This document shows positions 8,636 to 17,994 of a DNA stretch of 64,000 nucleotides, piece by piece. The DNA is from Bacteroidetes bacterium HGW-Bacteroidetes-6 (GTDB taxonomy: Bacteria; Bacteroidota; Bacteroidia; Bacteroidales; DTU049). How positions within the stretch are numbered: position 1 is the stretch's first letter; each line of letters starts with the position of its first letter. The notes under the pieces are model-generated. The model was not told where the DNA came from and ran no database searches. It saw nothing but the letters and a program-made list of their open reading frames with translations. Position numbers and translations under genes: made by a program. The stretch covers positions 6,010 through 70,009 of the forward strand of contig PHDB01000022.1 in NCBI GenBank assembly GCA_002842495.1. The letters are read 5' to 3'.

Positions 8636-10531
8636 ATGAAAAAAGAAGTTCTGATTTTTTGTCTGACATTTTGCATCATGCTGCCTTTTTCTGGTTTTGC
8701 CCAGGAAAAACCCATTGTTTCGAGAGCACAGGCAAGGGCCTGCGAAAAACAAACCCGGCAGAAGGACGGAAATCCGGGAAAAAACTACTGGCAAAATTCC
8801 TCCGATTACTACATTCAGGCATCGGTAGACGTAAAAAACAAGATCATGAGCGGCCAGGAACGGATCGTATATTACAACAACAGTCCGGATTCGCTGAAAA
8901 CCATTGTGATCAGGCTGTATCAGGATCTTTACAAAAAAGGTGCAAACCGCAATTCCATTGTGGATGTAAACCCGCTTGATGTTACCGACGGTGTTCGCAT
9001 TGAATCGCTGAAAGTGAACGGAACATCCATGGATCTCAGTGAAGAAAGCAGTTCCGTGAAGCGAGCCGGAACATTGATGTATGTGTTCCTGAATAAAAAA
9101 CTGGCCCCACACGGAAAGCTCGAACTGCAGATCGCATGGAGTTTCGATTTTCCGCAACACACACTGATCCGCATGGGAACGATAGACAGCACCAGTCTGT
9201 TTGTAGGGCAATGGTATCCGCAGATTGCCGTGTACGACGACATTACAGGATGGGACACACGTTCCTACAACGGCATGGCAGAATTCTACAACGATTTCTG
9301 TAATTTTGAAGTGGAGATCACCGTGCCTGAAAAATTCATGGTATGGGCCACCGGCGAGCCGCAGAATCTGAACGAAATGCTGCAACCCCAATACTACGAT
9401 AAGTATAAAAAAGCATCCGTATCCGACGACATCACCCATGTGATAACAGAAGAAGATCTGAAAAGCGGTGCCGTTACCACATCAAAAACCACATGGAAGT
9501 ACAAAGCTTCCAATGTTCCTGATTTCGCCTTCGGTATCAGCGATCATTACCTGTGGGATGTAACGAGTGTTGTTGTTGACCAAAAGACCGGCCGTCGAAC
9601 CGTTGTCGGGGTTGCTTACAACACAAAAGCCCCACATTTTGACAAAGTAATTTCTATTGCACGGGAAACCGTTTGGTCTTTATCGGAAGAAATGCCGGGA
9701 ATTCCCTACCCCTATCCGTATCTGACGGTCTATAACGGCGATTTCGGCATGGAATATCCGATGATCACCAATGTGGGGGCAGACGAAGATTACGGCATGA
9801 CGGTGTATGCCAATTCGCATGAGATCGCCCACGCCTATTTCCCGTTTTATGTGGGAACCAACGAAACAGGCAACGGCTGGATCGACGAAGGGCTCACGGT
9901 TTACCTGCCCGAAAAAATGCAGAGCCATTTGTCGCCCGATCTGAACATCGGGGCCTACAACACAAGTGCGTTCCAACTCTACGCAGGCATCAACGGTGAA
10001 CCGCCTCTGATAACCCCGACCAACTACCTGAATCCCGACATTTATTTCTATATGAACTATGCCAAGGCAGAGCAGGCCTTGCGGATGCTCGATATGCAAC
10101 TGGGACACGATCTGTTCAAAAAATGCCTGCTGGCCTTCATGGACCGCTGGAAATACAAACATCCAACGCCACTCGACTATTTCAATACTTTCAACGATGT
10201 TGCAAAGCAAAATTTGAATTGGTTCTGGCAAGCTTGGTACTATCAGAATGGCGGTATTCCCGATCTGGCCATAATATCCGTAACCCAAAAAGACAAACAA
10301 CTGACTGTAACGGTAGAAAACAAAGGCGATCTGCCGCTCCCCGTCGAACTGAAGTTCTACAACGGTGAAAGACCGGCCGGAACCACCACAAAACCCGCTA
10401 CTGTGTGGCTAAACAATCAAACAAAAACCGAAATAACTTTTACCACCTCTGAAACAATTACCCGCATTGTATTGGGCAGCGACACCATTCCCGATGCAAA
10501 CGCAGCCGATAATATGTATGAAATGAGATAG
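8636..10531 (+). CDS. Secreted M1-family metallo-aminopeptidase
   Basis: Signal peptide; GMEYP exopeptidase motif; HEIAH followed by downstream E in WIDEG; YWQN/WYPQ motifs. Confidence 0.9.
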   Translation: MKKEVLIFCLTFCIMLPFSGFAQEKPIVSRAQARACEKQTRQKDGNPGKNYWQNSSDYYIQASVDVKNKIMSGQERIVYYNNSPDSLKTIVIRLYQDLYKKGANRNSIVDVNPLDVTDGVRIESLKVNGTSMDLSEESSSVKRAGTLMYVFLNKKLAPHGKLELQIAWSFDFPQHTLIRMGTIDSTSLFVGQWYPQIAVYDDITGWDTRSYNGMAEFYNDFCNFEVEITVPEKFMVWATGEPQNLNEMLQPQYYDKYKKASVSDDITHVITEEDLKSGAVTTSKTTWKYKASNVPDFAFGISDHYLWDVTSVVVDQKTGRRTVVGVAYNTKAPHFDKVISIARETVWSLSEEMPGIPYPYPYLTVYNGDFGMEYPMITNVGADEDYGMTVYANSHEIAHAYFPFYVGTNETGNGWIDEGLTVYLPEKMQSHLSPDLNIGAYNTSAFQLYAGINGEPPLITPTNYLNPDIYFYMNYAKAEQALRMLDMQLGHDLFKKCLLAFMDRWKYKHPTPLDYFNTFNDVAKQNLNWFWQAWYYQNGGIPDLAIISVTQKDKQLTVTVENKGDLPLPVELKFYNGERPAGTTTKPATVWLNNQTKTEITFTTSETITRIVLGSDTIPDANAADNMYEMR

Positions 10532-10654
10532 CAGACTGTTTATCAGGTGCATCACCCGTTCCCGTTGCAGAGTCCGCCTGCGGCGGGAATATTTTTTTCC
10601 GTAGTTTCGTTGCAGGTAAAAGCTGCAACGAGTAGAGGAAATGAGGCTACACCT

Positions 10655-11278
10655 TTACTTCCGCAACCACCCCAGAATCCGGTCATTTTCTATTTTCCAC
10701 TTCCCGTTCGCTTTTTTCAACGGATAGGTTGCCCTTGAACTCGCATAAGGTCCCGGATTCTGCTGAACAATCTCGATTTCGTTACTGCTTACTTTTGAAA
10801 TGATGGCCACGTGCCCGAACTTATTGAGCGAGGTACCGCTGTAAACCACCAGATCGTCAGGCCGGGGTTTTTGTTTGCTTGGATTTGTGTATTGAAATAA
10901 CCCCCGACACTTGTTTTTCTGCCCGTCCTTCAGTTTCGGATCGAAAAAGTCTTTCGCATGTCCGTAGCTGTCGGGCATTTTATGATGCAGATGCTCGTAG
11001 TAGTACCTTTTCACGAATTCAACACACTGGTATTTCTGCCCCAGATTGTAGCCATCGGGTGCCACATTGCGGCCCGAAACATGACTCACTTTGCCGTTGT
11101 AATACACATACACACCGTTAAAACTGTCAACCGGCTCACCGATAGTGTATTTCCTTTCGTTTATATTCAAATTCTTTTCAATGAACTTCTCGGGTTCCAC
11201 ATCGTTTTTTTTCAAAACAATGAAGGTCCCGACAAGTAACACAAAGAAAAATAGTATAACATATCTGCGGCGTTTCAT
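10655..11278 (-). CDS. CHAP-domain amidase/peptidase (Gsp-amidase-like), membrane-anchored
   Basis: YQCVEFVKRYY (catalytic Cys), FGHVAII (His), VQQN; N-terminal TM; TAACTTTG promoter box at 11301-11308. Confidence 0.85.
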   Translation of the reverse strand: MKRRRYVILFFFVLLVGTFIVLKKNDVEPEKFIEKNLNINERKYTIGEPVDSFNGVYVYYNGKVSHVSGRNVAPDGYNLGQKYQCVEFVKRYYYEHLHHKMPDSYGHAKDFFDPKLKDGQKNKCRGLFQYTNPSKQKPRPDDLVVYSGTSLNKFGHVAIISKVSSNEIEIVQQNPGPYASSRATYPLKKANGKWKIENDRILGWLRK

Positions 11279-11446
11279 CTTTCGGATTCTATCTTGGCAA
11301 CAAAGTTAATAATTGGCAGAATTTTTTGCAATATTGCTAAGGTTTGATCTTTCAGAAATCAGCTAAAAGATTGCTCAGCCTCAGTTTTTTGAAGAAAATG
11401 TGGCAAAACCAAAACAATCCTGCTATCTTTGAAAAAAAGTACATAC

Positions 11447-11968
11447 ATGTCACGTATCTTCGTTCTTAGCTACACCTTTATTACCGCCGCACTGGCCGGC
11501 TTCTTTACCATCATGCATATTCAGCCGGCACTTTTCTTTATGAATATCTTCACTACATCAAACGGAAGAGAATACTATGTGGCGCCTGTTTTTCTTCTCA
11601 GCTGGCTGCTCTTTTTGTTGCCCATTTTTGTCATCATGATTATAGCAAGGCTAATGCGACTTAAAGCCAACGACGAAATTCACCCAGGCCGCACAGGAAT
11701 TGCAATCACGCGCAAAAAAGCCTTTCAGAGTGCCATGGTGGCTATTCCCATTTTTATAAACGACGAAAAAGTGGGAATAATCGACAACGGCAAAACACGT
11801 TTTTTTGAAGTCCGATCTGGCTCAACAACCGTGAAGGTTGGCTCTGGGAAACAAACATCGGACGAGCAGCAAGTGATTCTTGCTTTAGGTGAGCAAGCCC
11901 GCTTTCAGATAGAGTACTCAACCGATGGTGTTAGAATAAAATGGGTATTGAGTCCATTAAATACTTAA
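11447..11968 (+). CDS. Hypothetical membrane protein (2 TM + small beta domain)
   Basis: Long ORF; ATG 11447 preferred because the TATCTTTG -7 box (11424-11431) overlaps the TTG start. Confidence 0.6.
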   Translation: MSRIFVLSYTFITAALAGFFTIMHIQPALFFMNIFTTSNGREYYVAPVFLLSWLLFLLPIFVIMIIARLMRLKANDEIHPGRTGIAITRKKAFQSAMVAIPIFINDEKVGIIDNGKTRFFEVRSGSTTVKVGSGKQTSDEQQVILALGEQARFQIEYSTDGVRIKWVLSPLNT

Positions 11969-12149
11969 CGTTATTTATCGATTTTGTACATTTGGCTTCG
12001 GAAAAAGAATCAATACAATCGGTGAAGTTACGTCTCTCAGCCTGCTCATCCATCGGTTACAAAAACAGGGATAAACTAAAGCAATTTCGCTGTAATATTT
12101 TGATTACAAATAGATAACAGGAATTAATTAATCATAAAACAGGTCAATT

Positions 12150-12902
12150 TTGAAAAATTATTTTGAAAAACAATTCGAGTTAAGATATTTCGAAATGAAT
12201 AAATTCGGAGAAGCTTCACCTACAACTCTATTAACCTTACTTGAAGAAACAGCCGCCGACCATTGCTATTCGATAAATCATAGTTTGTATGACCTCGAAA
12301 AGCAAAATATTGGATGGGTATTGCTTTCTGGAATTATGACAATGGATAGAAATCCCAATTATAAAGAAAAAATAACCATCCGAACATGGCTATCAAGTTA
12401 TTCTACAATTAAAGGATTTAGGGAAAATATAATTTATGGCGAAGATGGTGATATCATTGGCAAAGCAAAAGGTCAATGGCTTTTCTACGATATTTCGAGA
12501 AGAAGACCTGTTCGCATTTTCGATTCAATCAGAGAACAATGGTCGTTCTGCACCGAAGAATGCATAAATTACGACATCACCCAAAAGATAACTCCAATCC
12601 AATCGTCTGAACATGCTAAAGAATTTAAAATCAATCGATTCGACATCGACACCAATCAGCATGTCAACAATATTCGATATTTACAGTGGTTAATTGAGTC
12701 AATTCCCGAAGAAATAATTGACAATTACTATTTGTATTCTATCGATGGGCGATTTATTGCCGAAGCTCAATACGGAGACTCCATTGTTTCTTTAATAGAA
12801 AAGGATTGGAACGATTATTCATTTGTTCATACCATTAGGACTCTGAATGAGAACAAAGTTTGTGCAACGGCAAATACAATTTGGAAGAAAAGGATACAAT
12901 AG
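12150..12902 (+). CDS. Acyl-ACP thioesterase (double hot-dog)
   Basis: DIDTNQHVNNIRYLQW catalytic motif; N-terminal LRYFEM..EETAADH. Confidence 0.88.
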   Translation: MKNYFEKQFELRYFEMNKFGEASPTTLLTLLEETAADHCYSINHSLYDLEKQNIGWVLLSGIMTMDRNPNYKEKITIRTWLSSYSTIKGFRENIIYGEDGDIIGKAKGQWLFYDISRRRPVRIFDSIREQWSFCTEECINYDITQKITPIQSSEHAKEFKINRFDIDTNQHVNNIRYLQWLIESIPEEIIDNYYLYSIDGRFIAEAQYGDSIVSLIEKDWNDYSFVHTIRTLNENKVCATANTIWKKRIQ

Positions 12903-12911
12903 AACAAACGC

Positions 12912-13472
12912 ATGGAAGGCGGATTAAAAAAATACAACACCATTGGTTGCTGTGGAATCGACTGCGGTTTATGTCCCCGATTTTACACCAAAGGCGATTC
13001 GGTTTGCCCGGGCTGCGGCGGACCGGATTTCAAAGCGAAACATCCATCGTGTGGATTTGTTACATGCTGTGTAATCAAAAAAGGACTGGAAACCTGCGCC
13101 GATTGCTGCGAATATCCCTGCCCGCGATTTGATGCGGAAAAGAAGGGGCTTGACTCTTTTGTGACGCACAGAAAGGTATTTCCTAACCTCGAGGCGATCC
13201 GCACAAACGGCATGGATGCTTTTTTAGATCAACAAAAAACACGAATCGGAATATTAGTCGATTTTATTGACCACTGCGACGAGGGTCGATCAAAAAGTTT
13301 TTTTTGCATAAGCTGCGCGCTGTTGCCCGTTGACGTATTGCTGGAATGCCAACGTTTCATGGTTTCACTGAATGATCTGTCGGATCGGAAAGAAAAAAGC
13401 AGGCAACTCCGGAATCAAATAGAATCCGCAGCACAGAATATGAATATCAGCTTAAAACTTAACAAAAAATGA
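12912..13472 (+). CDS. DUF3795 Cys-rich protein
   Basis: CCGIDCGLCP..CPGC..C..CC..KGLETCADCCEYPC pattern. Confidence 0.75.
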   Translation: MEGGLKKYNTIGCCGIDCGLCPRFYTKGDSVCPGCGGPDFKAKHPSCGFVTCCVIKKGLETCADCCEYPCPRFDAEKKGLDSFVTHRKVFPNLEAIRTNGMDAFLDQQKTRIGILVDFIDHCDEGRSKSFFCISCALLPVDVLLECQRFMVSLNDLSDRKEKSRQLRNQIESAAQNMNISLKLNKK

Positions 13473-14536
13473 AAGCGGAAGACCTTGGATACAATGACAA
13501 ACTCGAAAGATCGAGAATCGAGAACAACCTGCAGGATTTTGAGATTGGCAGGGTGGTGGCGGAACACAAGGAACGCTACATTGTGCGGACCGAAAAAGGA
13601 GAGCTGGATGCGGAGATAACGGGTAACCTGCGCTTTTCGGCTGCCGGTCGCGAAGATTTTCCTGCTGTCGGCGACTGGGTTGCACTGGTGGCACACGAAG
13701 CAGATTTTGCATTGATCCACAAGATATTTCCACGGCTCTCCGTCATTAAACGGCAGGCCGTTGCTCAGGCGGGCGAAATACAGATCATAGCAGCCAATAT
13801 CGATTATGCTTTTCTTGTTCAGGCTGTCGACAGGGATTTCAACATCAACCGGCTCGAACGCTATCTGACCATCTGTCATGCATCGAAGGTCAGCCCGGTG
13901 ATCGTGCTTACCAAAACCGACCTGATTGATGAACAGCAACTTGCTGAAATACAGGAAAACATACAGAGCCGGATTGAGAATATGCCGGTCGTAGCTGTCA
14001 GCAATGAGACACAGGACGGCTACGAAGAGCTCCGGAAAATCATTGAAAAAGGAAAGACCTATTGCATGCTGGGTTCGTCGGGTGTCGGGAAATCGAGCCT
14101 GTCGAACAATCTCTGCGGGCGTAATATTATGAAAACTGATGCTATCAGCCGGAGCACCAACAAAGGACGACACGTCACCAGCCACCGGGAGCTTATCGTT
14201 CTTGAAAACGGTGGCATCCTGATCGATAATCCGGGCATGAGGGAAGTCGGCATTACCAACACCGATGGCGGATTAGAAACCACATTCGATAGAATTATAA
14301 CTCTTTCAGCAGAATGCCGATACAAAGACTGTACTCATACCCGCGAAGCCGGATGTGCGGTTACCGAAGCCGTAAACAGCGGAGAGATTAACCGGAGATC
14401 GTACGAGAATTACCTGAAAATGGTAAAAGAGGAAGAACATTTCGAATCTTCTGCTGCCGAAAGACGCAAAAAAGATAAGGATTTCGGGAAAATGCTAAAA
14501 AACTACAAAAAGGACATGAACAAAAAAAGGTACTGA
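13469..14536 (+). CDS. rsgA: Ribosome small subunit-dependent GTPase A (long accessory-type paralog)
   Basis: PAVGDWV, circularly permuted G motifs TKTD / GSSGVGKS / KGRHVT / DNPG, Zn site CRYKDCTH..AGC. Confidence 0.9.
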   Translation: MKAEDLGYNDKLERSRIENNLQDFEIGRVVAEHKERYIVRTEKGELDAEITGNLRFSAAGREDFPAVGDWVALVAHEADFALIHKIFPRLSVIKRQAVAQAGEIQIIAANIDYAFLVQAVDRDFNINRLERYLTICHASKVSPVIVLTKTDLIDEQQLAEIQENIQSRIENMPVVAVSNETQDGYEELRKIIEKGKTYCMLGSSGVGKSSLSNNLCGRNIMKTDAISRSTNKGRHVTSHRELIVLENGGILIDNPGMREVGITNTDGGLETTFDRIITLSAECRYKDCTHTREAGCAVTEAVNSGEINRRSYENYLKMVKEEEHFESSAAERRKKDKDFGKMLKNYKKDMNKKRY

Positions 14537-14598
14537 CCGCAGCAATCACAATAAAACTCCGTTCATTTCACATTACATTTTCAATAAGCCCTGCTAAG

Positions 14599-15087
14599 AT
14601 GAAACAGAAAATCACCATAAAACTCAACCTCACCGATACCGAAAAACAGAGACTCAGAGCCAGCAAGGTAAGCATATCCGGCATTCTGAATTTTGCCGTT
14701 GACGAACTTGAAGTGATGCTCGGCGTTTCCCCGGAACGGGCACGGGAAATCCATGCGCTGGCGGAATTTCAAACCATTCCGTCGGTCGGGATCCGCTTTG
14801 CGGAAGATCTCATTTTTATGGGATTTTATACCATCGAAGACCTGAAGGGTAAAGACGGCGCAAAACTGACCGACGAATACGAGCGAAAGAAAGGCTATTG
14901 GATCGATCCGTGTGTGGAAGACCAATTCCGGCTGGCTGTTTATTCTGCCCGCACGTCGGACCGGACCAAAAAATGGTGGGATTTCACGGAGGAGCGAAAA
15001 AAATACCGCTCGGAGAAAGGCTACCCGGCCTCACGCCCCCGGAAAGCGTGGCATGAAACATTAAAACAGGCGCACGAAGGGAAATAA
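14599..15087 (+). CDS. Helix-hairpin-helix protein (Cdd1 / pathogenicity-locus family)
   Basis: FQTIPSVGIRFAEDL HhH, DPCVED, terminal WW motif. Confidence 0.7.
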   Translation: MKQKITIKLNLTDTEKQRLRASKVSISGILNFAVDELEVMLGVSPERAREIHALAEFQTIPSVGIRFAEDLIFMGFYTIEDLKGKDGAKLTDEYERKKGYWIDPCVEDQFRLAVYSARTSDRTKKWWDFTEERKKYRSEKGYPASRPRKAWHETLKQAHEGK

Positions 15088-15136
15088 ACGCCCTAACTAA
15101 CATATCCTGCATGGTTTATTTCTGCAACAACGACAT

Positions 15137-16210
15137 CTATCGGATCCCGAACCACTTTTTTCTGTACCAAAACGCCAGATTCACGAGTGCAATCATTACA
15201 GGAACTTCAACCAGTGGTCCAATAACGGCTGCAAAGGCTTCGCCTGAATTCATTCCGAATATGGCTATGGCAACTGCAATAGCCAGTTCGAAATTGTTGC
15301 TGGCCGCCGTAAACGAAAGCGTAACCGATTGTTGGTATGTTGCACCAATGCGTTTGCTTATCCAAAACGACCCAACAAACATGATAACAAAATAAATAAG
15401 CAGCGGAATGGCAATCAAAACCACATCCATCGGGATTTTGACAATGTATTCTCCTTTTAATGAGAACATTACAATAATAGTGAAAAGCAGTGCAATTAGT
15501 GTGAGAGGACTGATTTTAGGAATAAATTTCGTGTGATACCATTCTTTACTTTTCACACGAATCAAAACAAAACGCGTCAGAAAACCCGCTAAGAACGGAA
15601 TTCCTAAATAAATAAACACGCTTTTGGCAATTTGCGCCATGGTTATATTTTCCACGATACTGTTGGTCGGAACACCAAACCAGCCGGGCATGACAGCGAT
15701 AAAGAAATAAGCATACGCCGAGAAAAACAACACCTGAAGAATGCTGTTGAATGCAACGAGTCCCGCAGCATATTGTGTATCGCCCTTCGCAAGCTCATTC
15801 CAGACAATGACCATTGCTATGCAACGGGCAAGTCCGATCATAATGATACCATACATGTATGGCAGATTCGCGTAGTTTTCGCCGGGAAATATTTTAATAA
15901 ATGCAATCGCCAGCGCAAACATGAGCAGCGGTCCGATGACCCAGTTCTGAATGAGCGAAAGCGACAGCACTTTTACATTGCGAAATACATCGCCGAGTTC
16001 TTCGTACTTCACTTTTGCCAGTGGCGGATACATCATGAGAATAAGTCCTATCGCCAGTGGAATGTTTGTCGTGCTGTCAGGTGAGGATTTAAGGGAATCC
16101 CAGAAATCTGCAACTCCGGGAAAGAAATATCCTGATAAAACACCAATGGCCATAGCCAGGAAAATCCACAAGGTGAGAAATCGGTCGAGGAATTTTAATC
16201 TTGTTTTCAT
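15137..16210 (-). CDS. acr3: ACR3-family arsenite efflux transporter
   Basis: [45 protein letters not shown]. Confidence 0.95.
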   Translation of the reverse strand: MKTRLKFLDRFLTLWIFLAMAIGVLSGYFFPGVADFWDSLKSSPDSTTNIPLAIGLILMMYPPLAKVKYEELGDVFRNVKVLSLSLIQNWVIGPLLMFALAIAFIKIFPGENYANLPYMYGIIMIGLARCIAMVIVWNELAKGDTQYAAGLVAFNSILQVLFFSAYAYFFIAVMPGWFGVPTNSIVENITMAQIAKSVFIYLGIPFLAGFLTRFVLIRVKSKEWYHTKFIPKISPLTLIALLFTIIVMFSLKGEYIVKIPMDVVLIAIPLLIYFVIMFVGSFWISKRIGATYQQSVTLSFTAASNNFELAIAVAIAIFGMNSGEAFAAVIGPLVEVPVMIALVNLAFWYRKKWFGIR

Positions 16211-16220
16211 AAACTCAATA

Positions 16221-16296
16221 ATTTGAAAATTTGAAAGTGTGCTAATTTGAGAGTGAATACTTCTATTTGAAAATTTGAAAGTGTGCTGATTTGAGA
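16221..16296. repeat. Two 32-bp direct repeats built of 8-bp units (ATTTGAAA-type)
   Basis: ATTTGAAAATTTGAAAGTGTGCT(A/G)ATTTGAGA at 16221-16252 and 16265-16296. Confidence 0.9.
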
Positions 16297-16297
16297 A

Positions 16298-16660
16298 TTA
16301 TTTGCCTTGTAATTTTCTTTTTGAGGAAACAATAATTTTTGAAAGCAGTTTACTGATTTCAAGCAATTCATTGTCCAATTCTTCACTATATTCATACTTT
16401 TCGTTTTTCTTGCATATTGCAAACCAGAAAGCAGTTTCGTCAGCTTCTTTTGCAGCAATTTTCAATTTATGAATAAAGTCCGCGATGCTCTCAGCATTCT
16501 GAGCTTCCCATACATTTGCGCCAATGGAAGTGCCGGACTTGCAAATCTGACGCGCAATTACATATTGATGTTTATCTTCCATCCTTTGTGACAAATCCAG
16601 AACCTGCGATCCAAAATCAACAACTTTTTTGACGATCAAATTGTCTTTATCATTTCTCAT
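16298..16660 (-). CDS. Four-helix-bundle protein (23S rRNA-IVP / bAvd-like family)
   Basis: QICKSGTSIGANVWEAQNAESIADFIHKLKIAAKEADET signature. Confidence 0.9.
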   Translation of the reverse strand: MRNDKDNLIVKKVVDFGSQVLDLSQRMEDKHQYVIARQICKSGTSIGANVWEAQNAESIADFIHKLKIAAKEADETAFWFAICKKNEKYEYSEELDNELLEISKLLSKIIVSSKRKLQGK

Positions 16661-16685
16661 ATATAGATGTTTGGGGGGATTACAT

Positions 16686-16717
16686 TTTCAAATTCTCAAA
16701 TTACTAAATTTTCAAAT
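16686..16717. repeat. Four tandem 8-bp units (TTTCAAAT-type), inverted relative to 16221-16296
   Basis: TTTCAAAT TCTCAAAT TACTAAAT TTTCAAAT. Confidence 0.85.
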
Positions 16718-17541
16718 TAACCTCCGCAGCAGCAACACAAACTTTTACGCTTTTCGCCATAAACATTTACACTAAGGACTTTTGATCCTGTGGCTCTGAA
16801 CTCCGCAATCTCAGCCTCATTCATATAGTTTTTCAGAAGCTCGTCGCTGAGTTCAATAACTTTTTCCTTGTCGATTCTGATATTAATAAAATCAGCATCT
16901 TCGAGCATTTTCAGATAATCTGTTTTCAAACTGGCGCCGGCAACACAGCCTGCATATAATTCAGCAGCTTTCAGAATCGACTCCGGCAGCGGACCTGACA
17001 GAACAATATCAGACACGCTGAAATGTCCACCGGGTTTCAATACGCGGCTCATTTCGCGGAAAGCCGCCATTTTATCAGGTACAAGATTTAAAACACAATT
17101 ACTGATAATCACATCGGCTTTGTTTGACGTCACCGGCATTTTTTCAATTTGTCCAAGTCTGAACTGAACATTTCTGAAACCGAGTTTTTTAATATTCTCA
17201 TTGGCTTTGCCGACCATTGCCGGAGTCATGTCAATGCCAATGACCATACCCGTTTCGCCCACCAGCGAGCGCGCGACAAAACAATCATTGCCAGCGCCCG
17301 AACCAAGGTCAATAACGGTATCTCCTGCTTTGATGTGTGCAAATTCCGTCGGAATACCGCATCCCAGATTAAGATCTGCATCCGGATTATAGCCTTCCAG
17401 TTTTGTATAGTCGTCGCTGAAAATACTATACGTTGTAGCATCACCGCAATTGCAGCCACATCCGGATGATTCATTTACTATCGCGCTGTATTTCTCGCGA
17501 ACCAGCTCCGATAATTCTTCGTTTTTTTTATTGTTTTCCAT
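16717..17541 (-). CDS. arsM: Arsenite S-adenosylmethionine methyltransferase
   Basis: LGCGIP, DLGSGAGND, IISNCVLNL, YAGCVAGA conserved cysteines; ars context. Confidence 0.93.
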   Translation of the reverse strand: MENNKKNEELSELVREKYSAIVNESSGCGCNCGDATTYSIFSDDYTKLEGYNPDADLNLGCGIPTEFAHIKAGDTVIDLGSGAGNDCFVARSLVGETGMVIGIDMTPAMVGKANENIKKLGFRNVQFRLGQIEKMPVTSNKADVIISNCVLNLVPDKMAAFREMSRVLKPGGHFSVSDIVLSGPLPESILKAAELYAGCVAGASLKTDYLKMLEDADFINIRIDKEKVIELSDELLKNYMNEAEIAEFRATGSKVLSVNVYGEKRKSLCCCCGG

Positions 17542-17575
17542 GTTTTTTTCGTTACAAGCGTTACAGTGAACATTT

Positions 17576-17980
17576 TCAAATCATCAGATTTTCAAATTCG
17601 TACAAAATTTCATCACGAACTTTTCTATAGACAATCATCTTTTCTTCATCGGTTCCGATGGCATCTGCAGGATCTTCGAAACCAATATGTAAACGATTTT
17701 TTACATCGCCGGTAAACACAGGGCAAATTTCGCGGGCATTGTCGCAAACAGTAATCACATAATCGAATGATTGATTAACAAACACATTCACGTCTTTCGG
17801 GAATTGGCTGCTGATATCTATGCCGATTTCAGACATTGCTTTTACAGCAAATGGATTCACCTGCTTTTCGGGTCGTGTGCCTGCCGAGAATATTTCAGTT
17901 TCGGGGTGCATTTTCCGCATAATTCCTTCGGCCATTTGGCTGCGACATGTATTTCCTGTGCAAAGTATTAAGATTTTCAT
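17576..17980 (-). CDS. arsC: Thioredoxin-coupled arsenate reductase (LMW-PTP fold)
   Basis: CTGNTCRS P-loop, TVCD..C, FEDPA. Confidence 0.92.
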   Translation of the reverse strand: MKILILCTGNTCRSQMAEGIMRKMHPETEIFSAGTRPEKQVNPFAVKAMSEIGIDISSQFPKDVNVFVNQSFDYVITVCDNAREICPVFTGDVKNRLHIGFEDPADAIGTDEEKMIVYRKVRDEILYEFENLMI

Positions 17981-17994
17981 AGCTAATTGTTTTT

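Noticed and set aside
8543-10300. Long antisense ORFs (298 and 206 aa) and similar shadow ORFs opposite rsgA, pepD, rplQ and rplB
   Set aside because: They overlap well-supported genes on the opposite strand and have no recognisable motifs
16221-16296. 32-bp direct repeats as a mini CRISPR array
   Set aside because: Only two copies, a 12-bp spacer, internal 8-bp periodicity and no cas genes
16298-16660. Avd-like gene as part of a diversity-generating retroelement
   Set aside because: No reverse transcriptase and no TR/VR pair with adenine-specific mismatches seen in the window
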